Part shown: one piece after another, positions 35,183-47,775 of the stretch | Layout: each line of letters begins with the position of its first letter | How positions within the stretch are numbered: position 1 is the stretch's first letter | Source of the DNA: Octopus bimaculoides | Lineage: Eukaryota | Assembly (NCBI RefSeq): GCF_001194135.2 | Contig: NC_068994.1 | Coordinates: 58,977,421-59,041,420 of the forward strand | Direction: 5' to 3' | Length of the DNA: 64,000 bases | Position numbers and translations under genes: made by a program | Notes under the pieces: model-generated | The model's database searches: none | What the model was told of the DNA's origin: nothing | The model's input: only the letters and a program-made list of their open reading frames with translations

Positions 35183-36670
35183 CTATGGTAACTCAGGGTC
35201 TAAATGCCAGACCAGATGTGCCATAAACTCCAGCCGGTTGCCGAGTTTCTTCAGGCATTTTCTGCAAGTGAATGGATCAGCATCGTCTGCGGAATGCAGG
35301 CTGTTGTGCAACATGCACATAGCATAGTCCTCAAACCAGATTCCGCAGTATTCACAGCGTCCCAGTCTCTTGCCATTCAATAAGTATGGAGGTAAAGTCA
35401 ATGATGAGGGATTGTTGCTGTTGTTGTTGCTGTTGTTGTTGCTGTTGTTGTTGTTGTTGCTGTTACTGTTGTTGTTGGTGTTGTTGTTGTTGTTGGTGTT
35501 GTTGTTGCTGTTGTTGTTGTTGTTATGGCTGTTGACTGCAGTCAGCACAACTGAGTTTGAGATGGCTGTCATCTTGTTTGATGAGATCATGCGACGGGTG
35601 CACACTTCCGCACGTGTCACACTGCTTTTGTTGCTAGCCAAAAGGCTTATTGTACACCTTGGTGCAGTTTTTGTGCCACTGCTGACAATTGGCTCACGTT
35701 TTATAACAGCCTTCAGTGGCCTGCTGGCCTTGCGCAGGGCACTTCTGTTGGAATTGCCATCTACTGTTGCAGATTTTGACTGCGCACCCTCGGTGTCAGT
35801 GCTGTTGCTACCAGACTTCCCTGTCACCATGTAGAAGGCAGCATTGGAGCTGCTGGGCAGGGCATCGCTGGCAGTTATGGTGCTCTCGTCTCCGACGTCT
35901 GCTGCGGGGCCTACGAGAGAGTAGCCAGGAGATACGGCTATTTGCAGCGGTTCATTATCCTCATTCGAGCTGGGCTTGGAAGTCGAGAGATCGGCGTCGA
36001 ACGACTGGTCTTGGAGATTGGCAGCCATGATGACAGTGGCGCTGTTGTTGTTATCATGGATATCAGCTGTGGCATTGTTGCTGTTGTTGTTGCTGTCCTG
36101 GTCACCACCAACAGCATTGTTGCTGGTGTCAGTTTTCCTATCAGATGGCTGCACGATCTTGTTGCCAATCGACGGTATCTGAGCGAGACAGAAACGAGCA
36201 CAACCAAGCCATTTCCCTTCACCGTCAGTCGTACTCGTCTCAGTACTGGTACTTGGTACTCCGTCAGCTCCCTCGCCACTCGATCTTATGTCCGTCTTGA
36301 TGTTATGGAGCCGTTCGTGTTTCTCAAGTTCCTCGGCTTCCTGGAAACCTTCGCCGCACTGGTGGCACAAGTGGATCTGGTAGACGTCGTGGCGTCGTAA
36401 GTGACTGCCGAGTATCTGTGACTTGTAGAACTGTGACCCGCAAATGCGGCACATGTTCTTCTGCCGATGTGGCGAGTGTATCTTGAGATGTTGCTTTACA
36501 TGATCTGAGCGTGTAAAGCGACGGCCGCACAGGTTACATACATAAGGTCTTTCTCCGCTATGCACTCTCGAGTGACGCTGCAGCTGCGATGGTGTGCTAT
36601 ATGACCCACCGCATATCGAACACGAGTGCACCCGTTTGCGCTTCTTTGGTGCAGCTGGACTAGGCTGCAT
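35183..36670 (-). CDS. C2H2 zinc-finger transcription factor, 4+2 fingers, Hunchback/Ikaros-like C-terminal finger pair
   Basis: 495-aa ORF; NLS-like PKKRKRV (36629-36649); four C2H2 fingers (36305-36622) with an SGERP linker; Asn/Ser-rich middle; C-terminal CEYC..FED.AM...H...H....DPFTC..C......RLEF..H (35204-35356). tttag|aaaATG may be a splice acceptor, so upstream exons are possible. Confidence 0.92.
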   Translation of the reverse strand: MQPSPAAPKKRKRVHSCSICGGSYSTPSQLQRHSRVHSGERPYVCNLCGRRFTRSDHVKQHLKIHSPHRQKNMCRICGSQFYKSQILGSHLRRHDVYQIHLCHQCGEGFQEAEELEKHERLHNIKTDIRSSGEGADGVPSTSTETSTTDGEGKWLGCARFCLAQIPSIGNKIVQPSDRKTDTSNNAVGGDQDSNNNSNNATADIHDNNNSATVIMAANLQDQSFDADLSTSKPSSNEDNEPLQIAVSPGYSLVGPAADVGDESTITASDALPSSSNAAFYMVTGKSGSNSTDTEGAQSKSATVDGNSNRSALRKASRPLKAVIKREPIVSSGTKTAPRCTISLLASNKSSVTRAEVCTRRMISSNKMTAISNSVVLTAVNSHNNNNNSNNNTNNNNNTNNNSNSNNNNNSNNNSNNNSNNPSSLTLPPYLLNGKRLGRCEYCGIWFEDYAMCMLHNSLHSADDADPFTCRKCLKKLGNRLEFMAHLVWHLDPELP

Positions 36671-37742
36671 TTTCTAAACACTTTTCCAAAAAAAAATAAA
36701 CAATTATGACAAAAAAGGGTTGGTTTTTTTTTTTTAAATGTAAAAATAATATTAATAAATAAATAAAAACTTCAACTGAAAGTCAAAGAACAAAACAACA
36801 AAAATACACACTGGTGTTGTGCAAGCTTTAGCAAGACCACCAGCAACTCCACCAGCAGGTTTAGCTGTGTAATTCTGTGTTATAGAGCAGAGCAATAATT
36901 TGATGCCAGTTTTTCAAAGTGTCCGAGGGTGTGCAGAGGCAGCATCTATACTTTTAGTTTTATCACATGGCCAAAAGTTGCCGGTTCAAGGTGTCTATGG
37001 TATTTGTAGTTCAGTATCATCTTGATTGGATTCATTGATGTACAGATGCTTCTGTTCATAACAGAATGGACTCCTGTAGAGAAAGAGAGAGAGAGAGAGA
37101 GAGGGAGAGAGTATGAGTGTGAGGTGGAAATGTAAGCATAAACAGAAAACAAAAGAGTAACAAGCAACAGAAATGCAGTAAATAAAACAGGTACAACAGG
37201 CTGTGGGGGTTGAGAGAGAAAAAGAGAGAGAGAGACTACTATAGTTTGCATGAAACACTGTCTAATAAATGTTTATAATTGTTTTTTTTAAGCCAAAACA
37301 ATGCCAAATAATTATACAGGTAAATGGTTTGTACTTTTACATGGTTATTTCAATAATTCGGGAAACAAGAAATCTTCAGAGTAAAGGTGTTCTTATCTAT
37401 CTTACAAAATCTTTTGAAAAGAAGTTTTCCTAATATTGAAATTTTTCAAAGTTGCATTGTTTTGGCTGACAAAAATATAATTTAAAACATGTTTATATAC
37501 ATATATATGCACGCACGCACACGTGTGTATCCCCTTAAACAAGAATATTATTGATAGTGACTTCAAAGTTTCTGCTAATTAAGCTATTGTCAGACAATGG
37601 CTCAACTCACCAAAGTCACTGTCAACGACATTCTTGTGTAAGACTTGTCCTCTCTGAAAGCATAGAGTAACTCATCAGATTAATGTGAAATTGTTTTAAT
37701 TGTAACTGAACATAAAAACAAACTCACACACACATACACACA

Positions 37743-37782
<40 letters not shown>

Positions 37783-39924
37783 GCACATATCTCAAACACA
37801 TACATATAAACATATACATTGCATACACACACTGCTATTACCAAGAGAGGGTCTCAACGTGGTTTTTCAAGCTGCTAGAAATAGCAGCCAAATCTTCCTC
37901 AAATCTTGACTTACCACCTTATGTATAGGAATAAAGCATATCAGATAATGTACAAGACAGCCATCAAACTGCTCAGGATAGTCATGGTTGGATGTCTCTG
38001 ACCATGGGACTGTTTGATCAGCCTTGGAGCTGACCAAACCAACATTACTGGCCTCTCTGGGACTTGAACTAACAATTCAAGATTGCCAGGTGCTTTCATG
38101 TGTACAACTTCTATTTTGTAACTTGAGAAGGGGCAACTTAATTTTTATCTCAAAGAGGTTAGGGGCAGGTCAGGACTACAACAGCTCATGGCCAGTCCTT
38201 CCCTCAACTGGTGGAAGGAAGGAAAGGAAGAAAGACGGAAGCTATTCTCAGCATGGAGGCTTGGTCTGAACACACCCAACAGAAGCTACCCCAAGGGGTG
38301 GAAGTGTTAAAACAGGAAATGGTTGAAGTCTGTGTCCTAATTGGAATCGAGTAGTGACACCCAAGTATGGTGGCCAGGTGGTGGTAGGTGACCGACTTTA
38401 CCATTTCTGTGACCCAGCGCAACGACTTAGAAACATAAACCCCAGAATGCAAGAGAAGTTCTTTGTCGAGAGAGAGAGAGAGGGGGGAGAGGAAGAGAGA
38501 GAGGGGGGAGAGAGGAAGAGAGAGAGAGAGAGAGAGAGAGAGTAACTCTAGGTGTCTATGTTTGATAGCCTTTGGAAATGTAGGGACCTGTCTCCTCGCA
38601 GGAACAAAGCTAACTGGAACCCACAATCACCCTTTTTTAAGTGACAGAAATCTAACTATTCAAAAAAGAAAAAAGTTGCTGTTTTTGTTGTTGTTGTTGT
38701 TGTTGTTATTCCGCTTTGTGTTAGCCCAGATCCATCAGATCACCTCTAAAAGGCATTTCCAGTCATCTTTTTAAAGAATTATGTAGAACTACATCATATC
38801 TAATGTGCCCTTCCATTATGTAAGACAGTAGTAGTGGTCGGAGTGAGATTTGGTTGTTATTTTTAGCACCAAGTGGCTGGTAAAATGAGATCACTTGATG
38901 CTGAACCTTAAACATAACAAAACAAATGTTGCAGAGGCTTGCTTGATATAAGTAAAGTAGGGATGTCAAAGCATTAATGAAGATAATAGGAATGAAATAG
39001 TGATGATGATGATGATTGTGGTTATAGCTGTTGTTGTGAATGGTGGTGGGTGGTGGTGGTTGGTGGTGGAGCTATTTAAAGAAAGGAAAACACTGAAAAA
39101 GTGTGGGAAGATGAAAGAAACAAAAAAGTAGGATTCCATAAACATTCTCAGTTTGGGTTTCAAAAATAGGTCAATAATCTGACCTAAATAGATTACATCA
39201 CCTAACACCACCACCACCGCCGCCGCCGCCACCACCACTGCCAAGAACCCAACAGGAAACTTCTATGAGGTGATTCCACTGGCTAGAAAGAGCAGCCAGA
39301 TCTTGCTCTAGTTACAACCTATTGTCTTACAAAAGAACTCATTGCATAATATAGTCTAGGGATTGCTGCACATGGGAAAAATATGGACTGGTCATGGCTG
39401 GAATGCTTTTGACCACAAGTCTGTTAAATCAGAGCAGTCCTGGGGCTAAACAACTCCCACCCACATCCCAAATATTGCTATTACTCTCGCCCCCTTATGA
39501 GTAGAGTTGGATCACAGATGTTTATAAGTTAGAAATTTAAAAATGGAAAACACAATGATTACTGTTAGGTTAAAGTGTTGGATTAGTCTCAATGTGATCA
39601 TGAGTTCAAATCCTACAATAGATATTGTGTTGCATCCCTTGCTAAAAAAAGAACCATTCCACCTCACTCCACATTGCATTTTTCGTGTCAGAAAAGAAGA
39701 GTCATCCAAATGTAACAACACTGATTTGGTTCAATCTTGGATCAATGTCTACCTTAGCATTTACATTCAAACTCTTGTAATTCCTTTTGTTTTTGTACTG
39801 CAAATAGCTTTTTTATCGACAGACATAATATTTTAGCAATAGTTTTCTAAATTTGATGAAGGGCCCTGCCTAAACCATCACATCTTTCCTCTTCTTCACA
39901 GCAAAGAAATATCCATGATCCCAA

Positions 39925-40290
39925 CAAACAAAATGGAAAAGAGGTTGCTCTGGAGGATGGCAAGGTGGGTGCGCTGAAAAATCTGCTCTAACTCACAGGG
40001 CTTGCATTTAGGATAGCCATCTCCACCCTGATAGGGGTGAGCAGGGTTGTGGTCTAGGGACCAAGAACGCTGGAGATCTCTACTGCCACAGGTTTGACCA
40101 CAAACCTGTCAGAGAGCAGCTGATATTTTGCCCTTCTCAGCCTGATGAACAGCAGAGCTTGGGTTGGTGGCTGAACACACCAAGTTGCTGCTGGAGGTGC
40201 CACAGAATGTGGCATCTCAGATGAGGAGCCAACTACCATGGAACGATATGTTCTAGCTTAGATTTAGACTTGCATCATGTACAGGGATCT
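39925..40290 (-). mobile_element. CRE-like non-LTR retrotransposon remnant (restriction-like endonuclease C-terminus)
   Basis: Broken frames give IVPW*, I*DATFCGT..SATNPSSA..QAEK, KYQLLSDRFVVKPVAVEISSVLGP, FQRTHLAILQSNLFSIL, paralleling the CRE pattern VPW..WDAT..KY..L...F.PVAVET.G..GP..FQR.S.AIQRGN. Confidence 0.65.
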
Positions 40291-40336
40291 CTCCATCACA
40301 CACATCTTATTTTAAGGTAATGAGAAATTCCCATCA

Positions 40337-40384
<48 letters not shown>

Positions 40385-41627
40385 GTGTGTGTATGGTGGG
40401 GGTACAAGTGTGTATTTATGTCAGTGTCTCAGCTCAAAGCTCCCAAACCAACTGTTATTCTATGCCACCTCACTAGAATCTGCTACATTTAGTAGATAGA
40501 GACTCCCTCCCCTTGATGAAGATACCAATCACAACAGGCACCACTGCACCCACCCCCACCCCCACCACTCGCTAAATAAATATATAAACCATAGAATTGA
40601 TGTCCATGTACCCCAGAGAGAATGCTGGCAATGGAATTGGGACTCACAGCTTTGCTTCCATCTCCATCTCCTTCATCACCCTAACCCTGAGCCCCATCAC
40701 AACTTCTTTTTCTTCTTCTTAGGACAGTGGAAGAAGCGAACAGAGCAAGTCTCAGTGTCCACAATGTCTATTTGTGGCTTTCTAACAACTGACCATTTGA
40801 CCAGATGGACGGCCCGGTTGGTGGGGGAAGTAGAGATATGTGTACATTGAGTGCAAAGTAAAGGGATATCTGAGGCAGGTGGGTGGCACTGGTAGGGGGT
40901 GGTGGTAAGAGTGAGGGAGAGAGAGAGAGAGAGTGACAAGACAGGGAGACAAGACAGTGAGGAACCAATCAATTAATTGTATAAGACACACACACACACA
41001 CACACACACAAGGTCAGAGAGCATATTAGTCTATCCATTCAGAGGCCAAAAATAAACAGTGTGGTCAGTGAGAGGAAACATGGTCAGGAGCAAGTGGTGG
41101 GGTGGAAGTAGGGTGTTCATAATGACAGTGGAACGATAGGGTGGTGGTGGTGGTGGTGGTGGTGGTGGAAACAGGTTCATAATGTGTATACACACATACA
41201 TACTCAGAGAAATGCAGACATAATTTGAAGGTTACGTAGTGCAAATGTTATTATTCAGACCCAGGTCAGTCAGGACTGACCTGGGTCTGTGATCAAGTAT
41301 TTCCACTGCTGGTCATCTTAATATACAGATTGCCCAGGAAAACATTCAACAGTGTGTCTTTCTGAGAGGACAGAGTTTTCCATGGTGGAGTTTTTGGTGA
41401 TATAGTATAAATGAGGTGCTACACTACAACATACACTGCAATATTTCAGTATAGCAATGTACTACATGCTGTTCTAAAGGCGTTCCAACTGTGACCATCC
41501 TGTCTTTTATTTTTCCATTTGCACTGTCCAATGTGTCCTTTTACTAACACAGTAATGAGATACGAAGGAGAAGTGACTGCTATTTCTAGTGGCTGAAATA
41601 ACTACATTGAGGTTCTCTTGTTTGATT

Positions 41628-41664
<37 letters not shown>

Positions 41665-44600
41665 AATGGAATCAGAAATATTGGCTACATGTCTCAGTAG
41701 TGATGGTGGCAAATACAGATTGTTTGTCGTTATCAGGCAGTGGGTGGTGAGGGTGGAGGGGCTGCCAGAATCGTTAGCAAACTGGACAAAACACTTAACT
41801 GCATTTCATCTGTGTTTACACTTTGAGTTCAAATGCTGTCGAGGTCAATTTTAGCTCTCGTCCTTTCTTGGTCAATGAAATAAAAAAAACAGTTGAGCAC
41901 TCACTCCTGAGGGGTGGAGGTGTTGATGTAATCGACTGACCCCCACCCACAAAATTTCAGGCCTTGTACCTATAGTTGAAAGCAATGTATAACAAACATT
42001 TGATATTCTGGTCGCTCACACATGATCACGTGATCAAGGATGTGGTGGTGGTGGTGGTGGTAGGGGAGAAATTGCCTGTTTGAGAGAAATGCTTCAAGCA
42101 TTGCAGTGGCGTTAGCCAGGCCTGTGCATCCAGATGCATCGTGAGGAAGGAAACCAGTTGACATTCTTTGTCTGAATATTAGGGACATGTGGAATCATGT
42201 CAATCACCTGTTATCATAGGAGAGGGTCACATGATCTGGAACTATCAGTGAGAAATGGTTACACACACACGTACACACGCACACACACACACAGAGGCAA
42301 AAATTGACAAAAAGATGTCCTGGAATATACACACATACATAGGATACTATTACAGAAATACATACTCTGTGATAGAGATATTGAGATGCACACACACACA
42401 CACACACGTGTGTGTGTGTGTGGATAGATAGAATTTGGATAGATTTAGTAAAACAGTCCAACCCATGCCAGCATGGAAAACAGACGTTAAACGATGATGA
42501 TGATGATGATGATGATGAAGAAGAGGAGAAAATGTTTCTAACATAAAAGATTGAAATTTTGATTTAAATATTTCTAAAATGAGAGATTTTTATAAACACA
42601 GAACTAAGGAGTCTGATGTGGTTTGGAGTCAAAGAAAGAGAGGGAGGGAGGGAGAGATAAAGTAAGGGTGTGTGTGGGTGTGTGATGTAAATATCAGAGC
42701 ATTGCCAGAATATCTAGGATTCTTCAATAACACCGAACAATGTGTAACTTTGTTTCAACTGTAACCATGGTTACTGTCTCCACCATCAGTATCATCATTG
42801 CTGCCACCACCAACGATCATCATCATCATCGTCACCAACACAATAATCTAACCATTACCGTAACCATCACCACAATCACATCACGCTACCACTGCTGACA
42901 TCACTACCAACACCACCATCATCATCATCATCAAGAAGTTATATGTGAGTCGAATGATAAGACAGAACATCAAGTGTACTAATAAAAACAAACACCTTAC
43001 TATTCTATGAAATAAACTTTTTGTCTGTGTGTGAGAGAGGGGGGGAGTGAGAACCTTAGACCTTCAGTGGCAGACACTTCCAAGCTTCAGTAATAGCAAC
43101 AAAATCCCCCCTAATGTCCTTAAAAAGGAAGGACACACATTGGCTATTGCAGTGCTCCATAAGCTACGTCTCAAAAGAACGGTGGGGTTGTCACGATTGG
43201 AACATCATTGGATCTGTAATGGCGAGGAACTAAACAACTCCAACACTCTAGATGCTCATTTGATTCGATATAAATAGCAGCCAGGTTTCTTCTAAATCAT
43301 ACTGATTGCTCAAAATTTTACGCACACACACACAAATCTGGCAGAATTGTTAGAACATCAGAGAAAATGCCTTGTGAGCATTTCTTATGATGCTTTACCT
43401 TCTGAGTTCAAACTCTGTCGTGATCAACCGGTCAGTTTTAGATTTCATCTTTTCAGCTGGCTTTTTCTCAATACTTTTTTTTTGTTCTTTTCCAGATTTT
43501 AAACCACAGCCTAACCATGAAACTTAAGTAGCATATTGTACGTTTCAAGTATTGTACAAAACTTATTTGTATACAATACGGATACGCACACACACACACA
43601 TACACACACACACACACACACACAACACAGTGTCGTGACAAGCACACGGATGATTACCTGTTAATCATTTTCATTTAGTTAATCACTCACAATTCGATAA
43701 ACACAAATAAAAAGATAATTTGTTACTCTTTTAAATAATGAAAATATAAACTTGAAAATTTTAATTAGCGTAACATAATTATTATTGACAGTGTTAATTC
43801 AAAAGTAATGCCAATTAATTAAAAGGCAATTTAAGAAAGAATGTCTAAGATTTAATATTCACCACTCATACACAGAGAACAGCAGAAATAACTCAATGAT
43901 TACATCATCTATTTTGATTGGTAAAGAAGGAAGCCTTCTTGCCAGAGATGCAGCAGAAGACATCTGTCCAAACAAGTGCATGTTTTCCAAGCCATGGCAA
44001 CACAGAGTCAGTAATGGCTGCTCACCACTAACATCTTCAAAGAAACTGGTGGTTATTCTGTTCTTGATCAGAACAGCTGCATAAAGCCACCGCAAGGATG
44101 GACCGATACATTGACAGGAAAATGGCCCCAACTGGCCACCACCATCAAACACTGACTGCAGTAGTTTGGGCTCAGAGGACATGTGGCACATAAAAGATAA
44201 TACCCATGCCAACATGAAAGGCAGACGTTAAACGATGATGATGATGAGGTTTCTCTGAAAAACACCACATGTTGGCATTAAGCTCACTCAGTATCATAAC
44301 AATTCGATGGTCACCCCCCACCCGTCATATACATGGGATGAAGTACTAAAGCACAACCTCAGGACACTGAAACCTAACGGAGGTGATGACAAAGGACCAA
44401 AACCTCAAGCACCTTGTTGTACTCAAGAAGACCCAGCCTCCACAATAGAAGAGTTAATGACACATCTCAGCTGAAGAGGATTGGGTAAGAATGCATAGGT
44501 ATGTCAAGTTTGAGCAAAACTGGACAACTTTTTGAAAAAAATTGATAATTATCGATCGAGTTTTTGCAAAAACCAAACATTGATCGAAGCAGTTGTTATG

Positions 44601-44694
44601 ACTAAAACATGCCTCGGAACATACCAAATGCATGTCTGAAGTTTCTTTCAATCGAGTTATTCAATCGAACTCGAGTTATAAATATTCAAACTTG

Positions 44695-44726
<32 letters not shown>

Positions 44727-44795
44727 TTCTGTTTTATATATATAGATATATAGATATATATACATATATATATACACACACACACATATATACAT

Positions 44796-44829
<34 letters not shown>

Positions 44830-45254
44830 GTATATATATGTATTAGTATCAGTGTTTGTGCCCCCACTATTGCTTGACAATCGATGTTAGTGTGTTTATG
44901 TCCCCGTAACTTGGCAGTTCAGCAACAGAGACCGATAGAATAAGTACTAGGCTTACAGAGAATAAGTCATGGAGTTGATTTCTTTGACTAAAGGTGGTGC
45001 TCCAGCATGGCCCCAGTCAAATGACTGAAACAAGTAAAAGAATAAAAGAATATATAACTGTCGGTCTACCTGCCTCTCCATTGCATGGAGCTAATGAATA
45101 GGAGTTCAATACTTGAGTTCTCTCTCTTTCTCTCCTTTTCTCCAAGACACACACACACACACAAACACAAACACACACAGAGCAAGTGAAGACAGGCTCA
45201 CTTCCTATAAATATACATCTGATTAAGCTTCTGCACAAAATTCATTTGGAAAAT

Positions 45255-45306
<52 letters not shown>

Positions 45307-45489
45307 GCACACTTGTTAGCCATTCACTGGATAATGGGTAGCTGTAATATCAACAAGTTCAACAGCAATTTAGTTGGTGTGTGTGGGGGGGGGGTCACTT
45401 AAAAANNNNNNNNNNNNNNNNNNNNNNNNNNNNNNNNNNNNNNNNNNNNNNNNNNNNNNNNNNNNNNNNNNNNNNNNNNNNNNNNNNNN

Positions 45490-45548
<59 letters not shown>

Positions 45549-45569
45549 ACACATTTGTATAACCACCTG

Positions 45570-46560
45570 ATCACCTTGCAATCTGGTGGTCACACAAGTC
45601 AGATTACATTTTTACCAGGAAACAAAAGAGAAGAACAATTGCAAATACTGAAACCTTTCCTGGTGAAGAATACACTACACCACCACAGATTAGCAGCTGA
45701 TGTGGAGGACATGGAAAAAAGAGGAGAATATGGAGGTGGATGAGAGGGGAGCAAAAAAAAATCCTGCAGTTGGGAATAGGTCTAGAGAAATTCTAAGTGA
45801 TGCAGAAGACTGCAGAGAGAAACAAGCAGATAGCTGTAACAGAGATGACAACAAGGAATTTCTACCAAATAACCTGCTTCAAAGAGTTACAGATCAGACA
45901 CGTAGTAGGGGCAAAGTCTCAACCAAAGCCAAAGTAGCATGGTGATGGTGGAATGATGACAGAGTTGAAAGGGTGGTGAAGATGAAGAGGTAGGCTTAGA
46001 AAAGCTGGAAAGAAGGTAGTTAGAGGAAGCGTTAGTAAAAATGAGTGGAAGGACAGGAATAGGTGATAGGAATATTTGGCTAAGGCTGAGGCAGGCAGAA
46101 AGAAATTTGCACATGGACTGAGACATGAGGACCAGAAGTATGGAATGTTGAGGATTGTAAGGCAACGTATTAGAACATTACTGGGGGAGACATGAAAAAG
46201 ATATACTTGCCTTTGATGTGAAGAACAAGGAAGTGGCATGAAAGGCTGCATGAGATAAGAAGAAGAAGAAAGGGCTACATCATGCTGACACTACAGAGGG
46301 ACCAGCAATTAAAGTTGACAGCAGCTTGGTAGATAAAAAAAAAAAGGGAGAGAGAGAGAAAGCTAGGGGTTGATCAGGAACAGTTTCAGGTGTGCTTAAG
46401 ATAGCAAGTGAGGTAAGCTACATGATCACAACCTGAATAGTAAATGAAGTTAAAGAGGAGGAAGCCATCACACCCCAATGACTAATGCAGCATCATCATC
46501 ATAAACTGCCACAAAGAGAAAGGAGAGATGCCTTTGAGAGAAGCAACAGATGTCTGTAGA
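45570..46560 (+). mobile_element. Decayed RTE LINE fragment, same family as 3265-4978
   Basis: Colinear nucleotide similarity to 3290-4060, e.g. catgctgacactacagagggaccagca vs catgctgaccctacaaagggaccagca. Confidence 0.7.
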
Positions 46561-46832
46561 AGAATCACACACACACGCAGAGACGAACAACCAACAGAAA
46601 TGTAAATTATGAAATAAAACTGACCCCAATAAGATTGTAAAGGCAGCAGGAGACTTTTATTTTTAGGGAGTCAGAAACGGGTGGAAAGTAGGGAAGACAT
46701 CCTTCAGCCTGAAAGCTAGACTCAAATGTTTACAAGGGTAGATTCTACTGAAGGTACATAAGGGTGGCCAAGTGATAGCGGTGATGGCGGCGGTGGTGGA
46801 GTAAGATGGAGTGGAGACTGATATGCATAAAT

Positions 46833-46863
<31 letters not shown>

Positions 46864-47420
46864 CATGCACACACACACACACAGATGTACATACTACGTT
46901 CAAAGAACTGATTTCTTTTTCGGTGGAATTCCCTGCTGCTGCTACGACTAGTATTACTACAGTAACAACAACAACCACAACAGCAACAGGGGAAAGCTTT
47001 GCATTAAAAGTGTACGCTTACAACAGCAGCAGGGGAAATAACAGTAGTAGTAGTAGCAGCAGTAGTAGTAGTAGTAGTAGTAGTAGTTGCTAGCAGCAGC
47101 AACAGTTGGTTTTTCCCTTGCATAGTAATCCACAAAGTGGTGTAGTGTTACTGTTGATGATGATGATGCTTGGAGGCACTGACNNNNNNNNNNATAGTTG
47201 CAGGGGTGCATTAGCTGCAGTCGTAGCAATGTTCCTGTGTCTAACTGAGGAGTGCTGGAAGTGTTCTCTCTGATTTTATTAGATGTACGTGAGAGAGACA
47301 CAAGTAATGCTACTCTTCCCACATTGGCACCACCACCACCACCACCAGCAGTTGTGGTGGTGGTGGTGGTGGTATACTGAGTTCAAAAGCCAAACATGAA
47401 ATCCCTCTGCATTTGTGAAT

Positions 47421-47775
47421 CTTTTCTTTTCTTTTACTTGTTTCAGTTATTAGACTGTGGCCATGCTGGGGCACAGCCTTGAAGATTTTTAGTCTAACGA
47501 ATGAACCCCAGGACCTGTTTTTTTTTGGGGTTTTTTTTTCAAAAAGCCTGATATTTATTCTATTGGTCTCTTTTGCCAAACCGCTAAGTTACGAAGACAT
47601 AAACTCACCAACACCTGTTGTCAAATGGTGGAGAGGGACACACACGTGTACGAGCTTCTTTCAGTTTTCGTCTACCAAAGCCATCCACGAGGCTTCTGTT
47701 GGCCTGAGGATATAGATGACACCTGCCCAAGGTGGCACGCAGTGAGACTGAACCCAGAAGCAAACTTCTTACCAC
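47421..47775 (-). mobile_element. tRNA-derived SINE family A, full copy
   Basis: Reverse complement of the family A pattern. Confidence 0.85.

Noticed and set aside
35370-36400. Plus-strand ORFs (poly-Leu 154 aa, 152 aa, 104 aa)
   Set aside because: Antisense shadows of the zinc-finger CDS and its AAC repeat.
39902-39964. 63-nt plus-strand exon-like segment with good acceptor and donor
   Set aside because: Lies on the antisense strand of the CRE-like remnant, which explains the sequence.
40723-40878. 156-nt plus-strand exon-like segment containing CPQC
   Set aside because: All three frames contain stops; more likely a decayed LINE 3' end.
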